A stretch of 51,886 nt of DNA, counting the filler, from Candidatus Omnitrophota bacterium (GTDB taxonomy: Bacteria > Omnitrophota > Gorgyraeia > Zapsychrales > JBDRMG01): assembly GCA_043812495.1 (NCBI GenBank). It is 3 parts of 3 records of this genome, joined end to end, with 100 filler letters (N's around TTAATTAATTAA, not from the genome) between each part and the next. Parts side by side here need not be neighbours in the genome. Positions count along the whole stretch, not along the records: positions 1 to 18,958 come from JBDRMG010000059.1; positions 19,059 to 42,840 come from JBDRMG010000062.1; 1 more part is not named here. One strand, given 5' to 3'. Shown in pieces: positions 18,353 to 26,248 of this stretch (position 1 is the first letter of the stretch; each line of letters opens with the position of its first letter). A model generated the notes under the pieces. It did no database searches, had not been told where the DNA came from, and worked only from the letters and a program-made list of their open reading frames with translations. A program made the position numbers and the translations under genes.

Positions 18353-18958
18353 TCAGCAACCTTTTCCTTCAAGCTTCTTAATTAACCCCAGGGCAATCCC
18401 GATCATGGCGGATTCGGCCATATAATAATCCGGATTCATAAAACCCATTTCTCCGGTGATCACATTGTCGCTCACCGCTAAAATCGCTGTGGCTTTGACC
18501 TTGTAGAGTTTGGCAATCGTCAAGAAAGTCGATGTGACCATATCGACGGCAATGGCGCCTTGGTCAATAGCCTTTTGCACATGCTCTCTAGTTTCACGCA
18601 AAAGCGCGTCGGTTGACCATACTTTTCCTTTGTGAACATTTAGTCCTGAGCCTTTGGCTACTTCCGCAAGTTGGTTTGTTAATTCATTATCCGAAGTTGT
18701 TTCAAATTTCTCATCCACATAATACGGAGTTACACCATCGCCGCGCAGAGCGCTATCGATAACAATTAAATCACCCACTTTGATCTCTTCGCTTAAGGCA
18801 CCGCAACTTCCCAGGCGGATCATATTCTTAGCCTCGGCATTGCAGAGAATTTCTGTAGTGATCGCGGTATCCGCAGAAAAACGCCCGCCGTTAATAGCTG
18901 TCACCTTTATTCCTGCGAGTGTTCCCGTATACATCGTATATTCCATAAAGGAAAAATT
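18353..18958 (-). CDS. Nucleoside phosphorylase (PNP/UDP family 1), 5'-truncated by contig end
   Basis: IRLGSCGAL, GD..I...A.RGDGVT, WSTDA, AVDM, AVSD. The frame is open to the gap. Confidence 0.9.
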   Translation of the reverse strand, partial: NFSFMEYTMYTGTLAGIKVTAINGGRFSADTAITTEILCNAEAKNMIRLGSCGALSEEIKVGDLIVIDSALRGDGVTPYYVDEKFETTSDNELTNQLAEVAKGSGLNVHKGKVWSTDALLRETREHVQKAIDQGAIAVDMVTSTFLTIAKLYKVKATAILAVSDNVITGEMGFMNPDYYMAESAMIGIALGLIKKLEGKGC

Positions 18959-19058
18959 NNNNNNNNNNNNNNNNNNNNNNNNNNNNNNNNNNNNNNNNNN
19001 NNTTAATTAATTAANNNNNNNNNNNNNNNNNNNNNNNNNNNNNNNNNNNNNNNNNNNN
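18959..19058. other. Artificial contig spacer
   Basis: 100 nt of N with central TTAATTAATTAA (stops in all six frames). Confidence 0.97.
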
Positions 19059-19198
19059 AAGAAAATACAAGTTTGGATGAATAATTATCCTAGAAAAAAG
19101 TTAAATTATTGGACTGCCAATCAAATTGCTGAAAAATGCTTACAAATTAACAGAAAGACGAGGGCTTAATTTTGTCTCACTTTAGATTGCAATCCACC
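19059..19198 (+). mobile_element. IS30-family transposase 3' end and probable right end
   Basis: 19059-19169 translates KKIQVWMNNYPRKKLNYWTA...* (IS30 NxxPRKxL motif), followed by an IR-like TGTCTCACTTTAGATTGCAATCCACC. Confidence 0.8.
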
Positions 19199-19244
19199 AC
19201 CTAATATTGACTTCCACCGTTCCTTTAATAAAGAGAAAGTCAAT

Positions 19245-19389
19245 AATGAGGCCGCAACTTACGGAAATCCAGCCAAAGGCAGGATGACGTAAGTTGCTGG
19301 CCGATCAATGACGGCTTGAGTTACGGAATGAAATGACGTAACTCAAATGCCGGAATTTACCTCGAGCGAATGATCATGAGCGAGAGGCC
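19245..19389 (+). repeat. Structured palindromic repeat, family A, copies 3-4 in tandem
   Basis: AATGAGGCC.CAACTTACGGA..TGACGTAAGTTG..GGCCGA, then AATGACGGCTTGAGTTACGGA..TGACGTAACTCAA..GCCGGAATTTACC..GGCC. Confidence 0.75.
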
Positions 19390-19435
19390 GCCCACAAAAA
19401 TTATTTTACAATTTTAGTGGGCGGGAACCAAATAA

Positions 19436-19948
19436 ATGCAATTATTATATTTCAACCGAAAAAAATCGTTTACTCTTATTGAACTTTTATTAGTGGTTAT
19501 CCTTTTGGGTGTTTTGGCTGCTTTGGCCATCCCAAACTTCGGACCAACCTATGCCAATTTGCAGCTCAGAGAGACAGCCGAGAACATCTCTTATCTGATG
19601 CGTTATGCCCAAAGCCAATCCATTATTAAGGATAAGATTTATCGATTGGTGCTGGAGAATAATGCGACATATTGGATTGAAGAAGGAAGCGGAAATGCTC
19701 AAAATCCGGATCAAGAATTGAACTTTGAAAGGGTCCGTAGCCGGCAGGGACGGATTTTTCGCATCCCTGATAATCTCAGCGTAGAATCCGACGTTTCACT
19801 GATTCAGTTTTATCCTGACGGAACCATCGATAAGGTCCGAATCATTCTGACGAACACAAGAGACAAGACGTATACCTTATCCACCGCCGAACAAGCAGGA
19901 ATGGTTTACGTATTTGATGCTTCGATTGCGCCAAACCCCGCCTTTTAA
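19436..19948 (+). CDS. Minor pseudopilin, GspH/FimT-like
   Basis: S|FTLIELLLVV prepilin motif, FYPDG. Confidence 0.88.
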   Translation: MQLLYFNRKKSFTLIELLLVVILLGVLAALAIPNFGPTYANLQLRETAENISYLMRYAQSQSIIKDKIYRLVLENNATYWIEEGSGNAQNPDQELNFERVRSRQGRIFRIPDNLSVESDVSLIQFYPDGTIDKVRIILTNTRDKTYTLSTAEQAGMVYVFDASIAPNPAF

Positions 19949-20110
19949 GGCGGGGTTTGGCGTCCGCTCAGTATCAACCCTGAGCCCTTTGGCTCGTCCC
20001 GTTGCCCCGCATTTTGCAGGGCAAGAAGCGGGACTCTGGGTTGGTCAGCGATTAAAGGGAGTCGAATAACATATCCCGGCCTTTTGGCCGGGAATAGTCG
20101 AAGGGTTGAT
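19919..20110. repeat. Nested palindromic (REP/MITE-like) insertion in the pseudopilin 3' end
   Basis: Perfect 16-bp hairpin 19929-19962, outer stem ATCAACCCTGAGC...GTCGAAGGGTTGAT, inner hairpins, TTGAT at both junctions. Confidence 0.7.
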
Positions 20111-20131
20111 TTTCGCTACCCGTAATTCACT

Positions 20132-20557
20132 ATGAAACAATTGGGGCACAAGAAAAGATCGTTTGCATTTATTTTGAGCGCCCGCGGAACCATCCTGATG
20201 GAGGTTCTTTTGACCATCACCATCCTATCCGTTGGTCTCACGTTTATTATCCGGTCGTTTATCACGAGCCTGCGCTCAAGCGTCATCACCAGTGATTACT
20301 CGACGGCACTTCTTTTAGTCGACAACAAGATGCATAAATATTTACAGAGTATTTTTGTTGAGGATGGTATCGACGAGAAAGATAGCTTTGAAGAGCCATT
20401 TGAAAAATATCACTACGAGCTCACAACGCAACAAGCTGCCCAAGAAGGGGCCCTGTCCGCCTTAAGCGAAGTCGCCCTGAAAGCGGGATGGACTTCCGGC
20501 CAGAAGAAGAATTCAATTAACGTCATGACGTATCTGTTTCATATTCCGCAACAATGA
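20132..20557 (+). CDS. Minor pseudopilin, GspI/PilV-like
   Basis: RG|TILMEVLL prepilin-type motif. Confidence 0.8.
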   Translation: MKQLGHKKRSFAFILSARGTILMEVLLTITILSVGLTFIIRSFITSLRSSVITSDYSTALLLVDNKMHKYLQSIFVEDGIDEKDSFEEPFEKYHYELTTQQAAQEGALSALSEVALKAGWTSGQKKNSINVMTYLFHIPQQ

Positions 20558-21270
20558 AAAAATACGACCATGCCTTTACTCTCATTGAAATGCTTCTCGG
20601 ATTAAGCATTTTCTCTCTAATCGCCTTGAGCCTTTACGGAACATTCTCAAGCGGGATGCAGTTGTCCCGAAGATCTCAGTCAACGGGCCAAATAGAAAAA
20701 GAGATCCGCTGGTCTTTGGAAAGAATCGCCAAAGACTTAAACAATATGGCGCCGTATGATTTTAGCCGCTCTTATCCCGATCGGCTGGCCTTTTCGGGAA
20801 CCATGGAAGAAGTCAGCTTTCTGACCAAAACGCCCAAAGGGCTTAGCTGTGTGCATTATGTCTTAAAACCTTTGGAGTTTGGCTCCGTCTACAAGACCAT
20901 TGTCAACCGAAAGGCAGCGAAAAAATCATCGATTATGACGCGCTACGAAGAAACAAGGTCGCACTTTGCCCTTGTGCGCGAGGAAACCCCTTTTATCGAT
21001 AGTCTCCAAGAATCAAGATCCGAAAATATCGAAGAAGATATTCTAATCCCGCGCCTTGCGGACGAAGGGCTTCAATTTTCCTTTGCTTACGTGGAAAACC
21101 AGCCGGAAGGTCCGACCCTCGTATGGAAAGATGTCTGGGAGCTCAGTTATCTTCCTTCGGGCGTACGCGTCAGCATGACCATGGTCGATGAGAATCAGGC
21201 CGATCAGACATTGTCGATCCAAAAAGATATTTTTATTCCCAAGGGATTATTAGGAAAGGAGTCCCTTTAA
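20554..21270 (+). CDS. Minor pseudopilin, GspJ-like
   Basis: A|FTLIEML motif, C-terminal W....LP.GVRV. Confidence 0.85.
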   Translation: MKKYDHAFTLIEMLLGLSIFSLIALSLYGTFSSGMQLSRRSQSTGQIEKEIRWSLERIAKDLNNMAPYDFSRSYPDRLAFSGTMEEVSFLTKTPKGLSCVHYVLKPLEFGSVYKTIVNRKAAKKSSIMTRYEETRSHFALVREETPFIDSLQESRSENIEEDILIPRLADEGLQFSFAYVENQPEGPTLVWKDVWELSYLPSGVRVSMTMVDENQADQTLSIQKDIFIPKGLLGKESL

Positions 21271-22403
21271 TGTCTGATACCCTGCGCAGACAACGGCAAA
21301 AAAAAATAATCACAAAAATTGATGCTTTGGGATTCTTGCAAAAGAGTAATTCTGGTATAATACTCATGGTCGTTCTTTGGCTCTTAGTCATTTTGACAAC
21401 GTTGGCGGTTGGCTTGGGCCGGCGTACGAGTATTGATTTGGCCCTGACCAAACACGCACTCGGACGCACAAAATCCTATTATACAGCTTTTGGGGGCCTG
21501 ATCTATGCCATGAGCCAGATTAGTGAGGATAAAAAGGACCCGATCACCAGCAAATTCGACACTCTCTACCAATGCGCCGTGACGCTTCAAGAGAATCAAA
21601 CTATGGACGAACTTTTTAAAGATATTCCACTCGGTGAAGGAAGCTTTAGTGTGTATTTTACGGTTCAGGACCAAGACGCCAAGGACATGTTGATACACTA
21701 TGGATTGCGCGATGAAGACAGCAAAATCAACATCAATGCCACGACCCAGCAAAATCATAAAGTCTTAAGAGAATTGATTAAGCTCTTGGGTGTTGACCAA
21801 GATGCCGCTTTGACGATTACCTATTCAATTATTGATTGGAAAGACCAGGACACACAACCCAAGGAATCTTATTACGGCGCGGAAGATGAATATTATTTGG
21901 GATTACAAGAGCCGTATAAAGCCAAGAACGCACCTCTCGAAAGTTTGGAAGAATTGCTTCTGATCAAGGGAATGACGCCGGGGCTCTATGCGCAGCTTGA
22001 GGATTTTCTAACCATTTATCCTAAGGCGACAACGGGATTAAAAGTGAATGTCCACACGGCTTCGCAGACTGTTTTACGGGCTCTTTTTCGCAGCGTCGTT
22101 GGTCCGGCCACCAATACGATCGAGGATGATGCCGATAGCTTGGCGGCCAAAATTGTTATGTTTCGACGGGGAATCGATGGCGTGGAGGGAACGCCGGATG
22201 ACCGTCAAGTGGATTCAAACGAAATGAACCTGAATGCCAAGGAACGCACGATTTTTCTGGCTACGCGCGGATATATGACCGATACGTCTCGCTATATCAA
22301 AGTGCAGGTCCGCGGCATTGATCAAGACTCCGGCATCGGGACGGATATGGTCGCTATTGTGGACCGGGACGATTTAACCATTGTTGGTTGGAAACGGAAC
22401 TGA
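21270..22403 (+). CDS. gspK: GspK-like pseudopilin
   Basis: G|IILMVVLW (no Glu5), DEDSKININ, IIDWKD.D, EELLLIKG, VNVHTAS. Confidence 0.9.
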   Translation: MSDTLRRQRQKKIITKIDALGFLQKSNSGIILMVVLWLLVILTTLAVGLGRRTSIDLALTKHALGRTKSYYTAFGGLIYAMSQISEDKKDPITSKFDTLYQCAVTLQENQTMDELFKDIPLGEGSFSVYFTVQDQDAKDMLIHYGLRDEDSKININATTQQNHKVLRELIKLLGVDQDAALTITYSIIDWKDQDTQPKESYYGAEDEYYLGLQEPYKAKNAPLESLEELLLIKGMTPGLYAQLEDFLTIYPKATTGLKVNVHTASQTVLRALFRSVVGPATNTIEDDADSLAAKIVMFRRGIDGVEGTPDDRQVDSNEMNLNAKERTIFLATRGYMTDTSRYIKVQVRGIDQDSGIGTDMVAIVDRDDLTIVGWKRN

Positions 22404-22406
22404 TTG

Positions 22407-23846
22407 ATGAAAGCCAAATCCATTGCTTCGGTTGAAATTACCGATACCCATATTAAGCTTGTTCAGGCCACGGCAGGCCATGCGCCTTCCGTTATAATCC
22501 ACGCGGATGCCAGGCCCATCATCCAAAAATCAGACGAAGAAATTTCCAAATTGCTTTCCGCGATGATCGCGACCGCAAAAATCAAGACGGATCCTTTTAT
22601 CGCGGCTGTTCCCCGGCGCCTTATCATCTTAAGAAATATTTCGCTGCCGGCTCATGCCGATCAGGAAATTGAAAAAATGGTTCACTTGCAGGTCTCGCAG
22701 CAGATTCCCTATCCTAAGGAAGATGTGATCCTTGATTACAATGTCCTGAGCAAAGAATCATCGGGTTATTCCAAGGTTCTCGTGATCGCCGTGCATAAAG
22801 AGGTGGTCAATCGCTATCTGAAGATTTTTGCGGCTAGCGGTCTTCCTCTTCATAAATTGACGGTGAGCTCGGACGGTCTCTTGGGCTGGCATCTTTTCCG
22901 TGAGCAGCGATTGAGGGTCAAAAAGAGTCTGCCGACGGCTGTAATCAATGTGGATGCGACGGATACGGAAATTTGTTTTTGCCATCGCCAAAAGCTTACC
23001 TTTGCGCGCAGCATTCATTTTGGGTCGAAAGATCTGACGCAGGAGAATATCAAGGCCTTCATCGAGCAGATCGGCTTGACGATGATGACGTACACCAAAG
23101 AAGAAATCGGAGAAGACATTGAGAAAATTGTGGTTATTTCTAACGCGCCAAGCGCAACGGACGTCAAAGAGAAATTGAGCGAGGAATACAGAGTCCATGT
23201 GGAGACGGCCGATCCCTTTGAACAAATGGCGACTAAGCGTCATTTTCATTTGCCTTTGATTTTCACGGAGGATGGACTATCGAGCGCGGTGAATTTAGGC
23301 CTTGTCCTTTTCGGACAGAAAAAGTTGATGAATTTACTGCCAGCTGAAGTGGCCAGTTCCCGAGAACTCAAGAAAAGGAAGCGAGAATGGATTAAATTTC
23401 TTATCTTGTTCTTTCTTGCCTTTTTCTTAAGCGTCGGTGTTTTCGGTGTTCAACTTTATGAGAATAAGGTTTATCTTCAGGAGCTCGAAAGTGCTCTTGA
23501 GCAAAGAGAACCTCTGGTTAAAAGCGTCCAGGAGAAAATGAAGCGCACCGCACTGATTCAAGAAAGACTGAAACCCGGCTTTTCTGTCATGGATATCATT
23601 AGCGCGCTTTATCGGTTTACGCCTCCGGATGTATCCTACAGTCAGATCGCTATTTCTGACGACGGATCGATGACATTGCAGGGCGTGGCTGAGGCCAGCG
23701 CCAGTGTGAACACGCTTCAAAACAATCTTGTCGCGTCCGCTTTATTTGAGAACGTGACCCTTCAATATGTGACAAAGCGCAGAGTGTATAAGGGTGAACT
23801 GACGGATTTTAAAATAGCCTGTAAACTGAATAGACTGACGAAATGA
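22407..23846 (+). CDS. PilM/GspL-like actin-fold protein fused to a PilN-like domain
   Basis: QIPY, KVLVIAV, FARSI..G, MNLLP then TM helix and periplasmic F.NV.L. Confidence 0.8.
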   Translation: MKAKSIASVEITDTHIKLVQATAGHAPSVIIHADARPIIQKSDEEISKLLSAMIATAKIKTDPFIAAVPRRLIILRNISLPAHADQEIEKMVHLQVSQQIPYPKEDVILDYNVLSKESSGYSKVLVIAVHKEVVNRYLKIFAASGLPLHKLTVSSDGLLGWHLFREQRLRVKKSLPTAVINVDATDTEICFCHRQKLTFARSIHFGSKDLTQENIKAFIEQIGLTMMTYTKEEIGEDIEKIVVISNAPSATDVKEKLSEEYRVHVETADPFEQMATKRHFHLPLIFTEDGLSSAVNLGLVLFGQKKLMNLLPAEVASSRELKKRKREWIKFLILFFLAFFLSVGVFGVQLYENKVYLQELESALEQREPLVKSVQEKMKRTALIQERLKPGFSVMDIISALYRFTPPDVSYSQIAISDDGSMTLQGVAEASASVNTLQNNLVASALFENVTLQYVTKRRVYKGELTDFKIACKLNRLTK

Positions 23847-24388
23847 AAACAGGACTGATTAAACCTTTGTCGAGAAGAGAAAAGAATATCCTGGGTCTTT
23901 GCCTTCTTTTGATCTTCATTTATATGAGTGTTCATTTTGTCTTTCGGCCGATGAATGATCAAACCAAGCGCCTGGAGAAGCGTGCGGCTGAGAAAGAAGG
24001 AGATCTTCGTAAGGCCTTGAGAATCTTGCGTAAGCAAAAAGCGGTCGAATCTCAGTATGCGCAAGTCGTCGCACTCATTATGCAAAAGAACTCCGATGAA
24101 CAAGAAATGGCCTCGATTTTGTCCGAAATCGAATCTGTGGCTACGGAAGTGGATATGCGTTTGTCTGATATGAAACCCAAAAAGATTAAAGAGATCGATT
24201 TTTATCATCATTTCTCTGTGAGCCTCTCGGTGGAAGGAGAGCTCGAGACGATTGCCCAATTTATTCATTTGCTTGAAAGCCCGCCGCATCAATTTACCAT
24301 GGATGACGTCCGGTTCGAGAAGAGATCTTTAAGGACGTCCAATATCAAATGTCAGCTGACATTGAGCCGGATTCTCTTACCCACCTAA
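23843..24388 (+). CDS. PilO/GspM-like protein
   Basis: LSRREK, TM, coiled coil, EG....IAQFIH.LES. Confidence 0.8.
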   Translation: MKTGLIKPLSRREKNILGLCLLLIFIYMSVHFVFRPMNDQTKRLEKRAAEKEGDLRKALRILRKQKAVESQYAQVVALIMQKNSDEQEMASILSEIESVATEVDMRLSDMKPKKIKEIDFYHHFSVSLSVEGELETIAQFIHLLESPPHQFTMDDVRFEKRSLRTSNIKCQLTLSRILLPT

Positions 24389-24448
24389 ATCGTTCCCATA
24401 TAGATGATTAAATTATTGACAGAATGGGAGAATTGCAGCAAAATAGAC

Positions 24449-24472
24449 ATAACTCTCTGGGTAGAGAGTTAT
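24449..24472. promoter_or_regulatory. Perfect inverted repeat, candidate operator
   Basis: ATAACTCTCT-GGGT-AGAGAGTTAT just downstream of TTGACA-17-CAAAAT (24416-24444) and upstream of the MerR-type gene. Confidence 0.5.
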
Positions 24473-24555
24473 CCATAAGTATTTGTGATAAATCGACCCA
24501 ATTCTCATTTAAGCAAATGCAATTATAATATTTCAACATTTCTCAATAAACTCTT

Positions 24556-24795
24556 ATGCCGACCATAAAAAAAATCTATCTTCTCAAAGACTTATCAAGG
24601 GCCACGGGACATTCTACTTACACATTGAAATACTATCTTCAGCTAGGCTTATTTAAAGAGATTGGGCGTAGTCCGGAAACCAACTTTCGTTATTTTGACG
24701 ATTCATCGATTCAAAAACTCAAGGAAATCCGTGGCATGAAAACACAGGGATTTTCTTTAAAAAAAATAAACGAAAGAATCCATGAAAGCCTATGA
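24556..24795 (+). CDS. Stand-alone MerR-type HTH protein
   Basis: LSRATG.S..TLKYY..LGL....R..TNFRYF...GFSLKKI. Confidence 0.85.
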   Translation: MPTIKKIYLLKDLSRATGHSTYTLKYYLQLGLFKEIGRSPETNFRYFDDSSIQKLKEIRGMKTQGFSLKKINERIHESL

Positions 24796-25616
24796 GTTAT
24801 TATTCCGTCCTCCATTTAGAAACGGAACCGTTCTCGACCAGTCCTGACCCGCGCTTTTTCTATCATTCACGAGAGCATAAGACCGCACTGCAGCGCTTAG
24901 AAATTGCCATCAGGCTCAAAAGGGGCTTGAGCCTGATCTTAGGCGATGTCGGCACGGGAAAAACCACGCTTTCGCGAACTCTCTTTCAGCTCTTTAAGCA
25001 AGAAGAAGACAAGATCATATTCCACATGATTTTGCATCCTGACTTTCGAAGCGAGTATCAGTTTCTTTCCACCCTGACAAAAATGTTTGGTGTCAGCCCT
25101 TTCTTTCGCTCGACGATTGATCATAAGGAAGCCATCGAGCGCTATCTTTATCAAAAAGGCGTTGAAGAAAACCGAACCGTTGTTCTCTTAATCGATGAAG
25201 GGCAGAAGCTGACCCAGCCTTTCCTGGAAATACTTCGCACATTCTTGAATTATGAAACCAATGAGCAAAAGTTATTGCAGCTCATTATTCTTTCCCAGAT
25301 GGAGCTTTTGGCTCGCGTTAAAAAAATACGCAATTTCATGGATCGTATCAACCTTAAATATATTATCAATCCGCTCGACGAGAACGAAACGAGAGAAATG
25401 ATCGAGTTTCGCCTTAAGACCGCGGGATTTAACGGAGGGCGAAGTCTTTTTAGTTACGAGGCGATCAAGAAAATCTATGAACATACGCAAGGGTATCCCC
25501 GCAAAATCGCCCTGCTCTGTCACAATGCCCTGGAGTATTGCGTGATGGAAGAGCGGGAAGCGGTCTCAGCAGAATTAATCGATTTTCTTGTTAGCGAAGA
25601 GAAGAAATGGACTTAA
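24792..25616 (+). CDS. ExeA/GspA-family AAA ATPase
   Basis: EPFSTSPDP, GDVGTGKT, LLIDEGQ, GYPRKI. Confidence 0.92.
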   Translation: MSYYSVLHLETEPFSTSPDPRFFYHSREHKTALQRLEIAIRLKRGLSLILGDVGTGKTTLSRTLFQLFKQEEDKIIFHMILHPDFRSEYQFLSTLTKMFGVSPFFRSTIDHKEAIERYLYQKGVEENRTVVLLIDEGQKLTQPFLEILRTFLNYETNEQKLLQLIILSQMELLARVKKIRNFMDRINLKYIINPLDENETREMIEFRLKTAGFNGGRSLFSYEAIKKIYEHTQGYPRKIALLCHNALEYCVMEEREAVSAELIDFLVSEEKKWT

Positions 25617-25619
25617 CCG

Positions 25620-26207
25620 ATGCATGATGCCCTAACACCCGAGGAAAGACTTCTTAAGCATATCCGCAAGCAAGATGCGGGCAAGCCTGTTCCTAAGACC
25701 AAAGCCGACGCCGCTGAGCCTGGCAAATCCGCCAAAGACAGAAATCTGTTTCCGTCAATGGATCGGGCCTTGATCCTTCTTTCTTTTCTTTTGGCCGGAT
25801 ACATCGGTTATCAGCTTCTTTTAGATCGCAAAGATATCAATCCCCTTCTTGCGGAATCAAAGCAGGATGTTCCTCTCCAAGACGTGAAAATTTTGCTTCC
25901 GGAAGCCAAGCCATTTTCTGTCTATGCATCGGAGATCAGTCAAAGAAATATTTTCGAATCTCCTTTGGAGAGAGACAAAACCCAGACGCCCGTCACTCTG
26001 TCATCCAAAGCGGAATTGACGAAAAATTTGAGGTTAGTGGGCATTGTCTTGGCTGAAAACTCGGAGGCGATCATTGAAGACTTGGAGACGAAGAATACTG
26101 TTTTTCTGCACATCGGAGAAAGCATCCGCGGAGCTGTTTTAGAAGAAATTCAAGAAAGTAAAATTATCTTTACCATCGAAGACGAGAAGGTGGAATTAGC
26201 CCAATAA
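25620..26207 (+). CDS. GspC/PilP-like membrane protein
   Basis: TM helix, RNIF, LRLVGI...AIIED...GE.I.GA.L.EI. Confidence 0.7.
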   Translation: MHDALTPEERLLKHIRKQDAGKPVPKTKADAAEPGKSAKDRNLFPSMDRALILLSFLLAGYIGYQLLLDRKDINPLLAESKQDVPLQDVKILLPEAKPFSVYASEISQRNIFESPLERDKTQTPVTLSSKAELTKNLRLVGIVLAENSEAIIEDLETKNTVFLHIGESIRGAVLEEIQESKIIFTIEDEKVELAQ

Positions 26208-26248
26208 CAGAGGTTATGGGGAACGGATTTTTAACACAGAGGTATATT

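Noticed and set aside
18959..19058. TTAATTAATTAA palindrome within N runs (also 42841-42940)
   Set aside because: Synthetic six-frame-stop linker between contigs, not biological.
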